Both the position numbers and the translations under genes were made by a program. Under the pieces are notes generated by a model, which was not told the origin of the DNA, made no database searches, and worked only from the letters and a program-made list of their open reading frames with translations. 64,000 nucleotides of DNA from Eutreptiella sp. 'Long Island Sound 2002' (Eukaryota; Protista; Euglenida). Location: the NCBI GenBank assembly GCA_964036045.1, contig OZ038378.1, positions 28,892,001-28,956,000 of the forward strand. The letters are read 5' to 3'. This document shows, piece by piece, positions 62,746-64,000 of this stretch (the stretch's first letter is position 1; each line of letters starts with the position of its first letter).

Positions 62746-64000
62746 CCCACGGGGCGTCCCTATCCCCCCGCGGCCCAGGCTGGACCGGAGGGACTTGGGT
62801 GTAACCGCCGCTGTGTGGGGGAAGGAAAAATACCTGACGAACCCACGGGGCGTCCCTATCCCTCCGCGGCCCAGGCTGGACCGGAGGGACTTGGGTGTAA
62901 CCGCCGCTGTGTGGAGGAAGGAAAAATACCCGACGAACCCACGGGGCGTCCCTATCCCTCCGCGGCCCACGCTGGACCGGAGGGACTCGGGTGTAACCGC
63001 CGCTGTGTGGGGTAAGGAAAAATACCTGACGAACCCACGGGGCGTCCCTATCCCCCCGCGGCCCAGGCTGGACCGGAGGGACTCGGGTGTAACCGCCGCT
63101 GTGTGGGGGAAGGAAAAATACCTGACGAACCCACGGGGCGTCCCTATCCCTCCGCGGCCCAGGCTGGACCGGAAGGACTCGGGTGTAACCGCCGCTGTGT
63201 GGGGGAAGGAAAAATACCCGACGAACCCACGGGGCGTCCCTATCCCTCCGCGGCCCACGCTGGACCGGAGGGACTCGGGTGTAACCGCCGCTGTGTGGGG
63301 TAAGGAAAAATACCTGACGAACCCACGGGGCGTCCCTATCCCCCCGTGGCCCACGCTGGACCGGAGGGACTCGAGTGTAACCGCCGCTGTGTGGGGGAAG
63401 GAAAAATACCTGACGAACCCACGGGGCGTCCCTATCCCTCCGCGGCCCAGGCTGGACCGGAGGGACTCGGGTGTAACCGCCGCTGTGTGGGGGAAGGAAA
63501 AATACCTGACGAACCCACGGGGCGTCCCTATCCCTCCGCGGCCCAGGCTGGACCGGAGGGACTCGGGTGTAACCGCCGCTGTGTGGGGGAAGGAAGAATA
63601 CCTTATGGACCCACGGGGCGTCCCTATCCCCCCGCGGCCCAGGCTGGACCGGAGGGACTCGGGTGTAACTGCCGCTGTGTGGGGGAAGGAAGAATACCTT
63701 ATGCACCCACGGGGCGTCCCTATCCCCCCGCGGCCCAGGCTGGACCGGAGGGACCCGGGTGTAACCGCCGCTGTGTGGGGGAAGGAAAAATACCTGACGA
63801 ACCCACGGGGCGTCCCTATCCCTCCGCGGCCCAGGCTGGACCGGAGGGACTCGGGTGTAACCGCCGCTATGTGGGGGAAGGAAAAATACCTGACGAACCC
63901 ACGGGGCGTCCCTATCCCTCCGCGGCCCAGGCTGGACCGGAGGGACTCGGGTGTAACCGCCGCTTTGTGGGGTAAGGAAAAATACTTGACGAACCCACGG
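62746..64000. repeat. 96-bp tandem satellite, at least 13 units, continues past the window end
   Basis: cccacggggcg at 62746, 62842, 62938 ... 63898, 63994 (exact 96-bp period). Confidence 0.98.

Noticed and set aside
61956-63975. Long repetitive ORFs at the window end
   Set aside because: Translations of the 49-bp and 96-bp satellites.

Overview
Repeat-rich eukaryotic nuclear DNA. It has GT-AG spliceosomal introns, TTAGGG-type interstitial repeats and many poly-G/C tracts; a protist such as a euglenozoan is plausible but cannot be proven from sequence alone. Host genes are sparse: an intronless ROK-family sugar kinase (12224-13549, -), a two-exon class III alcohol dehydrogenase (26676-28802, -) and a probable 4-exon 3' part of an unknown gene (56446-59663, -). 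Most of the rest is nested mobile DNA whose ends could be resolved by hand. (i) Two related hAT elements (18109-20545, 20955-23662) have 15-bp TIRs, exact 8-bp TSDs and a transposase with a C-terminal SAP-like domain. (ii) A long degenerate LINE (about 38020-50300, -) has APE-RT-CCHC followed by TWO RNase H domains. (iii) A 5.2-kb DNA transposon (38873-44086; CCC...GGG 31-bp TIRs, CA TSD) sits inside the second RNase H. It encodes a RAG1/Transib-like DDE transposase plus spliced accessory ORFs, and removing it restores the RNase H reading frame. (iv) Two 5'-truncated copies of a related RNase H LINE share an exact non-poly(A) 3' end, and the longer copy carries a tRNA-like module in its 3' region. 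There are also several hairpin-rich satellites (85, 53, 48, 58, 49 and 96 bp), the last running off the window end. No CRISPR array or rRNA was seen. All family assignments are by-eye motif recognition; no database search was run.
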